This document shows, piece by piece, positions 38,501-47,249 of a DNA stretch of 49,851 nt. Numbering within the stretch: position 1 is the stretch's first letter; each line of letters opens with the position of its first letter. Location of the stretch: contig KZ538746.1 in NCBI GenBank assembly GCA_000934665.2, forward strand, positions 1 to 49,851, read 5' to 3'. A program made the translations under genes and the position numbers. This stretch comes from Catajapyx aquilonaris. Taxonomy: Eukaryota. Below the pieces are notes generated by a model. That model was given only the letters and a program-made list of their open reading frames with translations. It made no database searches and had not been told where the DNA came from.

Positions 38501-39006
38501 TAAAATAAAAGACACTCCCTAAGTCAATTAGTATGACCCATGGGCAGTTTTTTTTGTTTCCTGGAAAATTGTTGTCACTTGACATATGGGATTCTTCCAA
38601 GAAACGCTTCAATTGGGAGGTGAGGTGGTTCATGCACCAGCATTTTTCAGGCGAGGTACTACACCTACAATCCGAGATGAGCAATCAAGAGCGAATGAGA
38701 GAAGCCATGGCCCAAGAGATGTCCAGGTTGACTGAGCAAGTGGAAGAATTGAGCAGTCAGTTGGAGAGTGCTTCCTCTGCTCACCAACGCTTCTGTGATA
38801 CAGAGCAGAAGTACAATGCTTTACTACAGATGTATGGTGAAAAAGTAGAAGAGAATCAGGAGCTCAGGCTCGACTTGCAGGACATCAAGGATATGTATAA
38901 AGCACAGGTACGGGCTTTGTAATACATTAACTCTGTATCATAGTTTAAAAATGGATATATGTTTCAGATTGATCAGCTGTTAGGAAGTGAAGGCAAGTCG
39001 TCCTAA
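14520..39006 (+). CDS. TMF1: TATA element modulatory factor 1 (golgin TMF/ARA160), 17 coding exons, 1280 aa
   Basis: join(14520-14673,14743-14955,15014-15861,23583-23902,26316-26417,28291-28454,28587-28663,28735-28838,33745-33892,33951-34144,34204-34790,34975-35167,35223-35367,35424-35588,37439-37571,38651-38907,38968-39006) = 3843 nt, all GT-AG with consistent phases; N-terminal MSWF..LAKTALKEAQRTIDKALDI, coiled coils and C-terminal YNALLQMYGEKVEENQELRLDLQDIKDMYKAQIDQL are TMF hallmarks. Confidence 0.95.
14743..14955 (+). CDS. TMF1: TMF1 coding exon 2
   Basis: ttacag acceptor; ...GSLWGSFTGSFFENPK...; donor gtaagt at 14956. Confidence 0.9.
15014..15861 (+). CDS. TMF1: TMF1 coding exon 3 (acidic, Ser-rich)
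   Basis: ctgcag acceptor; includes SSPESVEVIPDSLTSPSSVEVL; donor gtaaga at 15862. Confidence 0.9.
16007..16373 (-). mobile_element. tRNA-derived SINE, family A, copy 1
   Basis: A box agtggcgctgcgg, B box ggttcgaaccc, A-rich tail, TSD cttccattgga (15996-16006, 16374-16384). Confidence 0.9.
17089..17339. mobile_element. Sola-like MITE
   Basis: TIR gaagagcacaggggaaaaagggggaatgtcaca / tgtgacattccccgtttttcccctgtgctcttc; ATTT duplicated (AWWT). Confidence 0.7.
17492..18196. mobile_element. PIF/Harbinger-like MITE with ~130-bp TIRs
   Basis: TTA|caagggaagtgtctgtaggggtattggccaatc ... gattggccaatacccctacagacacttcccttg|TTA; second copy at window start. Confidence 0.8.
19027..20288. mobile_element. 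Palindromic mariner derivative made of two 5' ends
   Basis: TA|tgagggtcag ... ctgacccttg|TA; both ~430-bp arms carry decayed mariner N-terminal HTH coding sequence (EIRAVV..IHHWLVEVYGPDIM..VCRWCQQF.DG..SVTD). Confidence 0.8.
19484..19836 (+). mobile_element. tRNA-derived SINE, family C, nested in the mariner palindrome
   Basis: A box tggccgagatgg, B box ggttcaaatct, (TAAAA)n tail, 17-bp TSD ataatgtcatcgactcg (19467-19483, 19837-19853). Confidence 0.88.
21279..22201. mobile_element. Tc2/pogo-like non-autonomous element containing SINE A copy 2
   Basis: TA|ccgtattacctcacttaaagcagcatgccggt ... accggcatgctgctttaagtgaggtcatgcgg|TA; repeated gcatgccggt motifs. Confidence 0.78.
21665..22007 (-). 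mobile_element. SINE family A, copy 2
   Basis: Same head and body as copy 1; TSD gta(t/c)aggcagttaata (21649-21664, 22008-22023). Confidence 0.9.
22418..23470 (-). mobile_element. SINE family B, copy 2, interrupted by a 778-bp MITE
   Basis: Head at 23281-23470, tail at 22418-22494, 16-bp TSD atttggggaacacttt (22402-22417, 23471-23486). Confidence 0.9.
22499..23276. mobile_element. piggyBac-type long palindromic MITE
   Basis: TTAA|ccccttcggccccagatcgg ... ccgatctggggccgaagggg|TTAA; near-perfect arms over most of its length. Confidence 0.9.
23583..23902 (+). CDS. TMF1: TMF1 coding exon 4
   Basis: ttatag acceptor, open frame ISPQSSL...VKTLLAEAM...RDQSPTSSE, donor gtagag. Confidence 0.88.
24090..24440 (-). 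mobile_element. Possible decayed LINE (RTE-like) 3' fragment
   Basis: Purine-rich minus-strand frame ending EEDSKWERMV, loosely like RTE ORF C-termini (EDRxxWRxxV); weak. Confidence 0.3.
24602..25061. mobile_element. Kolobok-like MITE with internal ~120-bp unit in three copies
   Basis: TIR aggacaaggcacaaaatgtatgggccagtggccttccgttcgattt; TTAA on the right, decayed on the left; unit cctacctcgaaatgtccctatc once inverted, twice direct. Confidence 0.75.
25379..25792. mobile_element. Kolobok-like (TTAA, AGG..CCT) MITE, copy 1
   Basis: TTAA|agggacactccactcaaaaaacaagtttggctctaaaaatc ... gagtggagtatccct|TTAA; second copy at 41841-42261 in opposite orientation. Confidence 0.88.
26316..26417 (+). CDS. 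TMF1: TMF1 coding exon 5
   Basis: RSDLVKVESGHASGHTSGDEMETTTSSDIEIIS, a motif I recognise from insect TMF; ctcag/gtgagg. Confidence 0.93.
26673..27020 (-). mobile_element. SINE family A, copy 3
   Basis: TSD cagtaacaataggaaa (26657-26672, 27021-27036), (ATT)n tail. Confidence 0.9.
28291..28454 (+). CDS. TMF1: TMF1 coding exon 6
   Basis: SPNGDSSSTHSRQSPAK...; ttacag/gttaga. Confidence 0.88.
28587..28663 (+). CDS. TMF1: TMF1 coding exon 7
   Basis: GFLKFSEQLSLPMVETRGNDSDRMSK; tttag/gtaagt; phases fit. Confidence 0.82.
28735..28838 (+). CDS. TMF1: TMF1 coding exon 8
   Basis: RLEEVGTILQARESQLIELSRRNAELEE...; ttag/gtaagt. Confidence 0.92.
28979..29492. mobile_element. Truncated relative of the Tc2/pogo-like element at 21279, opposite orientation
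   Basis: TA|ccgtatta...ggtcgaccagtttttagaaatgcatgatctgg is the reverse complement of ~22130-22165; caaggatcaaaattatgg matches 21383-21400. Confidence 0.7.
29491..29555. repeat. (AAT)n microsatellite (tail of SINE D)
   Basis: Direct reading. Confidence 0.95.
29493..29825 (-). mobile_element. tRNA-derived SINE, family D
   Basis: B box gggttcgatccc; central gtggttttcagtggtttccc...aaatgccgggg...ggccagagccgcttccttcc resembles a widespread insect SINE core; (ATT)n tail. Confidence 0.8.
30475..30659. repeat. Small palindromic MITE
   Basis: ggagacgtatactcgacgc...gtgacgtcaaaatga / tcattttgacgtcac...gcgtcgagtatacgtctcc. Confidence 0.75.
31380..31575 (-). mobile_element. Decayed tRNA-derived SINE
   Basis: Minus-strand agagtggttagaatgc (A-box-like) and ctggtttcagacc (B-box-like). 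Confidence 0.4.
32068..32239 (+). mobile_element. SINE family A, 3'-truncated copy 4
   Basis: ggggagacggagtggcgctgcagtaa...ggttcgaaccc...ctcacaaaatg matches the family head. Confidence 0.85.
32451..32782. mobile_element. P/hAT-like MITE
   Basis: TIR caagggggta / tacccccttg-type ends; 8-bp TSD gttaaggc (32443-32450, 32783-32790); repeated cggctctc motifs. Confidence 0.75.
33745..33892 (+). CDS. TMF1: TMF1 coding exon 9
   Basis: VTEEFTTRLATLERKFQQTVRDKEILQKELE; ttctag/gtgtgt. Confidence 0.93.
33951..34144 (+). CDS. TMF1: TMF1 coding exon 10 (TMF DNA-binding coiled coil)
   Basis: EKEEEVRELREEGEKLAKQLGQQSSLLKKLRAKEKE; ttttag/gttagt. Confidence 0.94.
34204..34790 (+). CDS. TMF1: TMF1 coding exon 11
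   Basis: AEARNEELAQSVSASTKPLLRQLETLQ..WERTERLLNEKL; ttttag/gttagt. Confidence 0.94.
34975..35167 (+). CDS. TMF1: TMF1 coding exon 12
   Basis: EAQSQLAVALEKERSATEQ...; ctacag/gtatgt. Confidence 0.92.
35223..35367 (+). CDS. TMF1: TMF1 coding exon 13
   Basis: LEGQLEMERTALEAERRKVQLLQ; cgtag/gtgaga. Confidence 0.92.
35424..35588 (+). CDS. TMF1: TMF1 coding exon 14
   Basis: EQLREKDRR...SSPTPSLGRLSLTGSIADSLTSSNPWP; ttacag/gtatgc. Confidence 0.9.
36551..37172. mobile_element. Older, truncated relative of the 22499-23276 piggyBac-type MITE
   Basis: TTAA|cccct...aaccacacagattttggcttac...gacaagatatttt matches the left arm; internal palindrome kept, right terminus missing. Confidence 0.82.
37439..37571 (+). 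CDS. TMF1: TMF1 coding exon 15
   Basis: SLYDSMRASGGSASVLEGLQAQLKLREG; ctacag/gtgagt. Confidence 0.93.
37699..38598 (+). mobile_element. Decayed Sola-like DNA transposon with transposase remnant
   Basis: HVKFFKARQSHYSRK and YKVY*KIFMQNYNLTFGTP*SDTCSICD..KELRLAKAEKFY resemble Sola transposase motifs (SHYxR; FxxPxxDTCxxCD); inverted ends gaagaatcccacatgtcaa / ttgacatatgggattcttc. Confidence 0.65.
38651..38907 (+). CDS. TMF1: TMF1 coding exon 16 (TATA/Rab6-binding C-terminal domain)
   Basis: KYNALLQMYGEKVEENQELRLDLQDIKDMYKAQ; tttcag/gtacgg. Confidence 0.96.
38968..39006 (+). CDS. TMF1: TMF1 terminal coding exon 17
   Basis: tttcag acceptor; IDQLLGSEGKSS*. Confidence 0.9.
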   Translation: MDQLLGSEGKSS

Positions 39007-39249
39007 GTGGACTGAATGTTGAGTCAAGTCCATTCCAGTATTTGAATTATGCCGCATGTTTCATAATTTAACTGACATCTGTAGCAGATGAAAGGTTTGA
39101 AATGGAGACAAAGAAAATAGGCTCTCTGGCTACAGTTGATATGTCAGAGATGCTGCTGCATCAAGTTGGTATTCCTGAGACCAATACAAATAGTTGGTCA
39201 AAAGACACAAACGTGCACCTCAACCTCTCAAAAATCCTCCTGTCTCTCT

Positions 39250-39264
39250 CTCCTCCTCCTCCTC

Positions 39265-39298
<34 letters not shown>
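39250..39298. repeat. (CCT)n microsatellite in the TMF1 3' UTR
   Basis: Direct reading. Confidence 0.9.
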
Positions 39299-39487
39299 AG
39301 CACCAACAGGAATCCCAAGTGTAATATTTCTGCTGATACAGATGCAAGCTGAATGATGAAACTCATGGTGTTATGAATCAAGAGGTGCTTCTTACTATAT
39401 TGTATATTTTGCACAGTTCATGTTGTTGTCAAGGTTGTAATCAAAGTTACATTTAAATCTAGTCGCTGTGATTATTGTGTTTTAACA

Positions 39488-39493
39488 AATAAA
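39488..39493 (+). terminator. Candidate TMF1 polyadenylation signal
   Basis: AATAAA about 480 nt after the stop, followed by GT-rich sequence. Confidence 0.6.
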
Positions 39494-39888
39494 CTTGACA
39501 GTTCATTTGGATGTTTATGTGGTTCTTTCACTAGTGAAGAGGTAATTTTTAGATCCTGTTACTGGAATGGTACCTGAGATTTGCAGTCTACTGGAGAATT
39601 GAAAGTGTGATCTGATAATTTCTTGCCTGTTTCGATGATTAAGTGCTGTACTAGAAGAGAGAACAAAATAACATTTATTAACCCTTTCCTTGCTGCCATA
39701 AGGAAATCATGTGTGCCTGAAATAATTTTTTTTTATTGTGAGAAAAATAATAATCTAATCAAAGAACTAAAGAGATTGAGGTTCATTGCAGGACTGGTGC
39801 AATCACTTACCATTGCTTAACCTTTGACCATGAATTGCAATATTTTTATGGTGTTGAGGCAAATGCTGAACCAGAAGTAGATAAATTA

Positions 39889-41411
39889 CGAGGGTGAATC
39901 AAAAAGTAATTTACAACATTTTAATTTCCAAAGCTTCACTACTGAAACTGACATACATATGAAAGGGCAAGCCTTCCTCTATTTTTAGACATAGTCCCCA
40001 TACATGTTGGTGCATTTGTCCGAGCGGGACACTAGCTTTTCCATGCCATGCAGAAAAAAGCGTCAGGCTTGCTGGGAAGCCAGGGACGGACACCCTCTTT
40101 CACTTCCTCTATGTCGCTGATGTTTTAACAAGCCAGTGCTTCTTTTCTGGTCCAAAAAGATAGTAGACTAAGGTCAAGACCATCATTTCATACCAGGGTT
40201 CGAAATTAACCGGTCGCCAGTCGCATTTCGCGACTTTAGGTTATCCATTGGCGACTGAATAAAGATGGCTAGTCGCCACTTTGGCGACTAGCTTTCCCTC
40301 CCAATACTGTATTTCTGCCTCGTATTTTCAATTTCGTTCCTGCAGTGCTGATTCTGTAGGTGGAATCATGAAGCGCGCCTGGTATTTATTGGGGTCCTCA
40401 CTCCGGGGGTCAAGTTCAAGTTCCAAGTTGGGGTAAATAAGGTTGCAGGATTGCAGGATAGCAGGAAGGACTCGGCTACGCGGGGGTCACAGCCAGATGT
40501 AGAGGAGGGGAAAGCGGGGCAGGATGGACCTAATTAGGAGGAGGGTGGAAGGAACAGGGAAGGTGTGGTGAAGAAGGTCCAAGGTCGATGACCGGTATAA
40601 GTCATGAGTGCATTGAGGCCTTGAGGGTAGAGGGGGAGGTGGGGGGGGAGAGAGAGAGAGAGAGAAGTTTCGAAATAGTCTTAGATAGTCTTTCAACTGT
40701 TTCGAGTCGCAGTCGGCAAGAGAGGCGGATCGGACTCGAGAAGTGCTCTACCGAGGAAAATGGCAAAACGGAAGATTTCTGATTTTTTTTGTGGGCAGTA
40801 GCATTGCCAAAGTCAGCAAACCAGCTGACGAGGAAGAAGAGGAGTCTGCGAGCATAAAATCAACACCGAGGAACAAAGCGAATCCATCATTGATGTGATT
40901 TGTGTAGGCTATTATTGCAGTTCCGTGTCTAAAAAGAAGCAGTTGGTAAAATACTAAAATATGCTTCTGAATTGTGAAGCATATTAACTCTGTACACTAT
41001 AATTATAGGCGATTTTGTGCTATGGAACAGTAATGATATATAATAAAATACAATAATGGCGACTAGACATACAGTTTTGGCGACCATGCTATACATATCA
41101 GGTGCCACTGGCGACCTGCCTATGTATCCCAATTTCGAACACTGTTTCATACCACTGAAGAAGCACCTGGCTGGTCAGCACTTCAGCAACAACGAGGAAG
41201 TGAAACATGTAGTCCGCCACTGGCTTAGTAGTCAGCCTGACGCTTTTTTCTGCAGTGGCATGGAAACTGAACTTGGCATGGAGCCTTTATGGTCTGGTCG
41301 CCGTAACTCTGACACAGTGGCATGAAAACACTAGTGTCCGGCTGGGACAAGTGCACCAAAGTGTACGGTGACTATGTCTAAAAATAGAGGAAGATTTTCC
41401 CTTTCATATGT
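39889..41411. mobile_element. Palindromic mariner derivative made of two 3' ends, interrupted by a hAT element
   Basis: TA|cgagggtgaatcaaaaagtaa terminus; 39955-40070 is inverted at 41230-41411; LKKHLAGQHFSNNEEVKHVVRHWLSSQPDAFF..WDKCTKVYGDYV is a mariner transposase C-terminus. Confidence 0.8.
40194..41144. mobile_element. Non-autonomous hAT element
   Basis: TIR cagggttcgaaatt / aatttcgaacactg; 8-bp TSD tttcatac (40186-40193, 41145-41152); subterminal tggcgac/gtcgcca repeats. Confidence 0.88.
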
Positions 41412-41412
41412 A

Positions 41413-41641
41413 CACTGTACTCCTGATTATCCGGGCTAATGGTTGCATGGGTGTCGCCGGATAATGGGAAAACATGGAAAATTGGAAAATCATATACACA
41501 ATTGACATGGTGACACCACCCTACAAACAAGTTGACTCATCGCCAGCAACTGGGAATGACAGTATTTCATGAGAAAGCATAAATATTGCCAGAGAGGGAC
41601 AGTCGGATAAACCGAGGAGTAGGAATATCGGGGTTCTACTG
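41413..41641. mobile_element. Tigger/pogo-like MITE
   Basis: TA-flanked; right end gggttctactg as at 12787; gattatccg/cggataa internal repeats. Confidence 0.55.
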
Positions 41642-41840
41642 TAACAGGAAATGTTCAAAAATCCTTCTCTTAGGAATAATAATGATCACTTTGTTTCTTA
41701 TTTGGGGAGGGGGGTTTATGTTCATAAAAATTAGCCCAATTACATTTGTGTCTTCAAGCAGAAAAAGGTATCCAATGGGTGAGAGATGTGAAGGGTAAGT
41801 AATGTGAAAAAATAAGGTTCAGGACAGCATCCACTTTTAA

Positions 41841-42261
41841 AGGGACACTCCACTCAAAAAACAAGTTTGGCTCTAAAAATCGGCAAAAAATCATGAATCA
41901 GACAGTGCAATTCGTTTTTCGCTACGTGGAACAGTAATCTCAGGGCGAGGTGTCAAAGTGTGTCGTCTGCTAATGAGTGGCTTCGCCACGCAGGGAACAG
42001 GGGAACTGGGGAACTGGAGGGCTACACCGCTCTGGGATGGGCCTAAGCGCGCCGGTAGGCAGGAGCAACCCTCCATTTCCCAAGGTCCTGAGAGCATCAC
42101 TGGCAGACAGCCAGCTGCTAGTGCACTATTTGAATTTCCCCACTTTGACCCCTCGCCCTGGGATTACCGTACCGCGTAGCGAAAAACGGATATCACTTTC
42201 GGATTCAGGATTTTTTGCCCGATTTTTAGAACCAAACTTGTTTTTTGAGTGGCATGTCCCT
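41841..42261. mobile_element. Kolobok-like MITE, copy 2
   Basis: TTAA|agggacactccactc ... gagtggcatgtccct|TTAA; homologous to 25379-25792. Confidence 0.88.
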
Positions 42262-42592
42262 TTAAGTCATTGTAAAAACAATAAAGTAGCTCTTTGAAAC
42301 ATGGCACAGTTGTAGTGGATTCCTTGTTAGGTCCACCACTTTGATATCCATGACCACTTTGATATCCATGACCATATTTACCATGCAGTCTTAATAAGTG
42401 TTAAAACATAGAAGGTATTTTTACAATGTTGAAAAAGGAGATAATCTAATAATCTAGACCAGGCCTATGACACTCCTCGAATACGGTAGGTTAACACCTG
42501 TGTCCTGGCCAGACGGCGCTGGTGGCGGAATCCCTCCAGTGGTCCCTCCATTGTCTGCCGCCATCTTGAAGACCCATTCCGGTTGGCTGGCA

Positions 42593-42874
42593 AGTCAATC
42601 TGCCTACGGGTGGGTGCCAAAAAAAATATGCCGAAAAATAAGTACGGTACTGCTCGGTACTGCTAGCTATCTTTAGTCATGTCTAAATAAAATAAATAGT
42701 ACACTTACAATGCTCTTTCAAAATCACCTCCTGCTCGCTTGACATTTTTGGTGTGTCCAGAATGCCTTCTGCACATTTACCGAGCATTGTAAGTGTACTA
42801 TTTATTTCATTTAGACATGACTAAGCAGCTAGCAGTACCGAGCAGTACCGTACTTATTTTTCGGCAGATTGACT
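42593..42874. repeat. Foldback element with ~85-bp arms
   Basis: tgccgaaaaataagtacggtactgctcggtactgctagct...acttacaatgctc is inverted at 42782-42866; outer agtcaatctgcc/ggcagattgact. Confidence 0.75.
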
Positions 42875-44448
42875 GAAGGATTGATGTTTTGGGTGCAAAA
42901 AGAACAACAGCTATGCTGTGCCAACAAAACTGCAAAGGGCATGACATCATAGAAAGACTTGAATAACATGAAATGGGAGCTGAACTAATTGCGAAACCTG
43001 GGAACAAGGGGAAACAATTTATTCCAGCTAAGCTCAATAGGGCCGTTGAAATTTTAAATTTTGTAATGGGCATGGCCAGATATGCTGACATGGATTTTAA
43101 AGCACAGGTATTTCAGCCTACATGTGACTTGTAGTGACAGTTCCATGGGCCTCCTGTGACATGGACTGTAACAATGGTCAGGTGGACATGATATTTATTC
43201 GATGTCTGCTGGCCACATTGTTATTAAGCCTTTGTTTGCTATGGACGTTACCTGAGGTGGATCTGGGCATTCCTTTTTACCATAAGTGGTTTTCAACTGA
43301 CTTGTGGAATTAGGGCCTTGACTATTTATGGACGTATTGGAAGAAATATTTTGCCTCATTTGGTTCAAGTGGATGAGGCAATTAAACAAAAACACGCCAC
43401 TTTAAATTGCAGCAAATCCAGTGTTCTTGTCTTTTACATTAGGGGGCATTTCCCAATTTTCACTATCAAATTCCCAGAAAAATATTGCTTCATATCTCTT
43501 ACTAAGGTGCAAAATTATTTCTGGTAAGAAAATGCAAGGTGAACTTTTCTGATGGCCTGAGATTTATTTTCTCTAAATAATATTTATAAACTGAGTCAAA
43601 TAATTGCAAAATACATTGAGTACATTGCTCAACTCAGCAGCAAAATAAACAAGTTACAATAAAATATCAATAAGTAACCAATAGGAGAGCTCAGCAGTGC
43701 TGACAGCGCTGAGTTTAGCAATGTACTCCTTACCTGATGCATCACTTTATAACAAAAGAGAAACCTCACCATGGTAATGCACTTGTTTGTATTGTTTTAT
43801 TATGGGCTCAAGTGGACACACAGGAATCAAAATGTTATCCATTTAAAATTTAATGTAGACCTGTGTTTATTGCTGTTTAGCGGTTCTACAAGTGGTCAAC
43901 CTGCGATCATTTACTTCATGGATACTGCCACTGTAAGAATTGCAACTTTGGTGAGTGTTGGAACAACATGGTATTGATGTTATCCCTCTGCAGTTTTACA
44001 GGTTGTATCCTTAGGCATCTGGCAAATGTGATGACCAGACTAAGTGAGGAGACTGCGAACATTACTGATTGTTCTCCCACAAGCAATTGTTGAACCATCC
44101 AGCTTCATCTAATATTCTCATTCATTAATCGCCTTGGTCTGCTGGAGGGACACCAAGAATACTACATTACATTTCAAGCTGACTTTCCTGAAGCTTGTGG
44201 ATCTTCCTAGAGCAGTCCATCCCGGCAGGAATCTGCGCTGTGCCATCGTTCCTGCCAGTCAGCATGGATAACTATAGTGAGTATCCTACTTTAGTGTCAT
44301 TTATGTCTCATAATTGTGACAGCTATACTCTATGCATTGTTGCTTGAAAATAATTTGGAAGCTTATTTGTTGATAAGTGAATTAGTTATATGCAGAAGAC
44401 CTTATTGGTAACAGCCCCAGAATGAAGGTCTGTTCCCAAAGACAATTT

Positions 44449-45856
44449 GGCTCATGTCAAGTATACGGGATTCGTCGAATCAATTAGAAAACAGTACCTG
44501 GGCTTGCCGACCCTTTGATTAGTTGTTTTGCTTCTGGGTTTGAAGTCGGGGAAGTGACCAGGGACCCCGGAATTAATTCCTCAAGCTTGACCAGAATACA
44601 GATGAGATTATGGTCATCTCTCAGGTCGAATCGTAAGTTGCTAGGTTGTTAGGCAACAATGAAAATCTGGAAAGTTTATCGTTTATCCGCATCTAGTGAC
44701 GCGCCGGGGTTGGGAGTGCTGGGAAGGAGGTGGCAAATTTTTTAAATAATAATTGGGTTAGTGCACTGCCCATTGATGGGCATCTGGGATGGTACCTTTA
44801 TTTGCTTTTTAAGTGTACAGCTACATATTTGGTCCTTTTTCCGTAACGCCCAGGTACCGCGAGCGATAGGGGATGACAGGAGGGGATGTGCAAGTGCAGT
44901 GCAATGCTGTACGAGGTCATTTTGTGAACTCCCCCGGGTGGATTTGTCTGTAGGATATTCCACCCAGAAACGAAGCCAGAGACGACCCACACTCTGCACG
45001 AGATGAAGGGGGTGTCCCCGGGCGGGATTCGATCCCGGGACCTTAACATCCGTGGGCGCACACGTTACCGCGGCGCCACTCTGTCTCCCCAGGGAAGGAG
45101 GTGGCAAATTTAAATGCTATGATGGTTGCTGCAGAACGACATGATGTCACACCAGCCGTGTTTTCTGAGCATGTGCAGTAGTATGTCTGCAGAGTGAGTC
45201 ATGGACATGATTGAGGGGGAGAGCAGGGTGGAGGCGGGCGGATCGTGACGTCGCATGTCATTAGTTGGTTTAACAGACTCTGTGGAGGTAAATTTCGTGC
45301 TTGACTTCAGCCACAGTAACGTTCGTTGGCCTGCGGAGCACAATAACGTTTGTTGGCCTGCGGCGCACAATGAGGACCGCATTGTAGGCGTATACAAACC
45401 CACAATAAGCTCCCAGCTCCGCTGCCGCTCCGCAGAAACTAAAAATATCACGCAAAGGCGACGTACCGTGCCTGGCAGGACCACAACAATGGACAGTACT
45501 GTTGCGGTTACAAAAAGCCATACAGCATCACCAAGACAAAGGGCTATTCCAAGCTATAATCACCTCAAAATCTGTACCGATCCGTGCGTACTGGTGACTT
45601 TCGAAATTTGTAGCCTAAGATTGTAAACAACCGAATTCAGAAGAGGTTATTCGTAACCTAGCAACTTACGATTCGACCTGAGAGATGACAATGATCCCAT
45701 CTGTATTCTGGCCAAGCTTGAGGAATTAATTCCGGTGTCCCTGGTCACTTCCCCGACTTCAAACCCAGAAGCAAAACAACGAATGAAAGGGTTGGTAGGC
45801 CGCAGGTACTGTTTCCTAATTGATTCGGCGAATGTCCCACATACTTGACTTCAGCC
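44449..45856. mobile_element. Merlin/MULE-like non-autonomous element with ~200-bp TIRs, containing SINE A copy 5
   Basis: 8-bp TSD gacaattt (44441-44448, 45857-45864); GG..CC termini; arms 44449-44647 and 45654-45856. Confidence 0.82.
44741..45091 (-). mobile_element. SINE family A, copy 5
   Basis: 20-bp TSD gggaaggaggtggcaaattt (44721-44740, 45092-45111). Confidence 0.9.
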
Positions 45857-47249
45857 GACAATTTTTTATGCAACATCACGCTGTGACAGCATGCCTGTAA
45901 CAGCAGGGAGGGGCCAGTTGCATCGGTCAGGAATGCTGCACCAGTGACATTTGGCTGTGACATCACAATGCAATTGTTGCTGGCCTGGAATGCTAGGGCA
46001 TTCTAAGGCAAACAGGGAGGGGTTCCCAACTCCTGCTGACCAATCAGATCGCCAATCGAGGTCACATGATCAATTTTAGGTGACATAAACAGTTCAAATT
46101 CAATTTTCTCCAGCCCCAGCCGAACATTTTAAAAACCACCTCACCATGGTTTCCTTGTTTATCAAGCTGTTGCAGCCAAAGAGTTCTCCTATAATATACA
46201 GGGTGAATACGTTTGTTGTCGGATCACTTTGGGAAATGATCGAGGGATTCTAGGTGATCTCTTTAAGTGGTCGCATCATGGGTCTCTGCCATATAGTTAC
46301 CGAGATAATTAGCATTAAATAAAAGGTGTATTATCCCAGCTTATAGGTTGCGGATACTACTTAAAACACTTACATCCCCTAGGCCATTCCCTGCTACTCC
46401 AAACAGGATCATAAATTTAAATTAAATTACATTATAACACCTTAAATCGAAAAACCGTTTTATTGCGGATTCCTATTGGAGTCAGGCCTCCCAGCCCTGG
46501 TGAAGATGAAGGGCCCAAGTCAACCAGGACTGCCTTAAAAATAATGAACTGTAAAACTTCATATGGAATAATGAAGCATATACCGTACGTATGCAGTTTT
46601 TTCTCACTCCTGAAAACTTTCAGCTTGTGGAGTTGAGCCTTTTGGCAAGTGGCGTCTTCATATTGGAATGCTTTGGGAAGAGAGTAGTAATAAAATCGAC
46701 TCTTTTTGTCATGCAAGGTGTTCCAGCCCGTTCCAGCCTATAGATGTAATGGGATGGGACATTCTCTTCCCTCACTTAATTTGAATTTTTCTAATTTGTT
46801 TGATCCATTTTTGAAAGCTCATTTCTTAAAACAAAGCCAATAAAAAATCGGGCCCGACCATTCCTCACTAACAATGTGGGGATAGAGTGTCAGGATGTAT
46901 TCAGCCTGAATCCAGCTACAGCCACTTACATGTTATGGCTCCATAACGACTCGTGGCCTGGACATTCCCAATAGACTCTCCATATGACGAAATCATGAAT
47001 TCTGTCCACAGCTCAAAATGCCTAAAAAATTGCTTTTTCTTGACGAAAATCAGGATTAAGATTTTTTTCTCTGAGAAAGTTCAAAACTGCTCCCAAAAAT
47101 GCAAAATTTAATATGACAAGCCAATATGGCAAACAGTTAAACAAAAAAAATAGCTCACTTTAAACTCAAAACTGGGATTGGGGTGTTTTCTTGATGGCAG
47201 AATTTTAATCTGTTACTAAAATTGATAAATTAAATATGGCAGATCCAGT

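Noticed and set aside
45255..45626. 123-aa ORF with a 27-bp tandem duplication
   Set aside because: Internal sequence of the TIR element 44449-45856 with no transposase motifs seen
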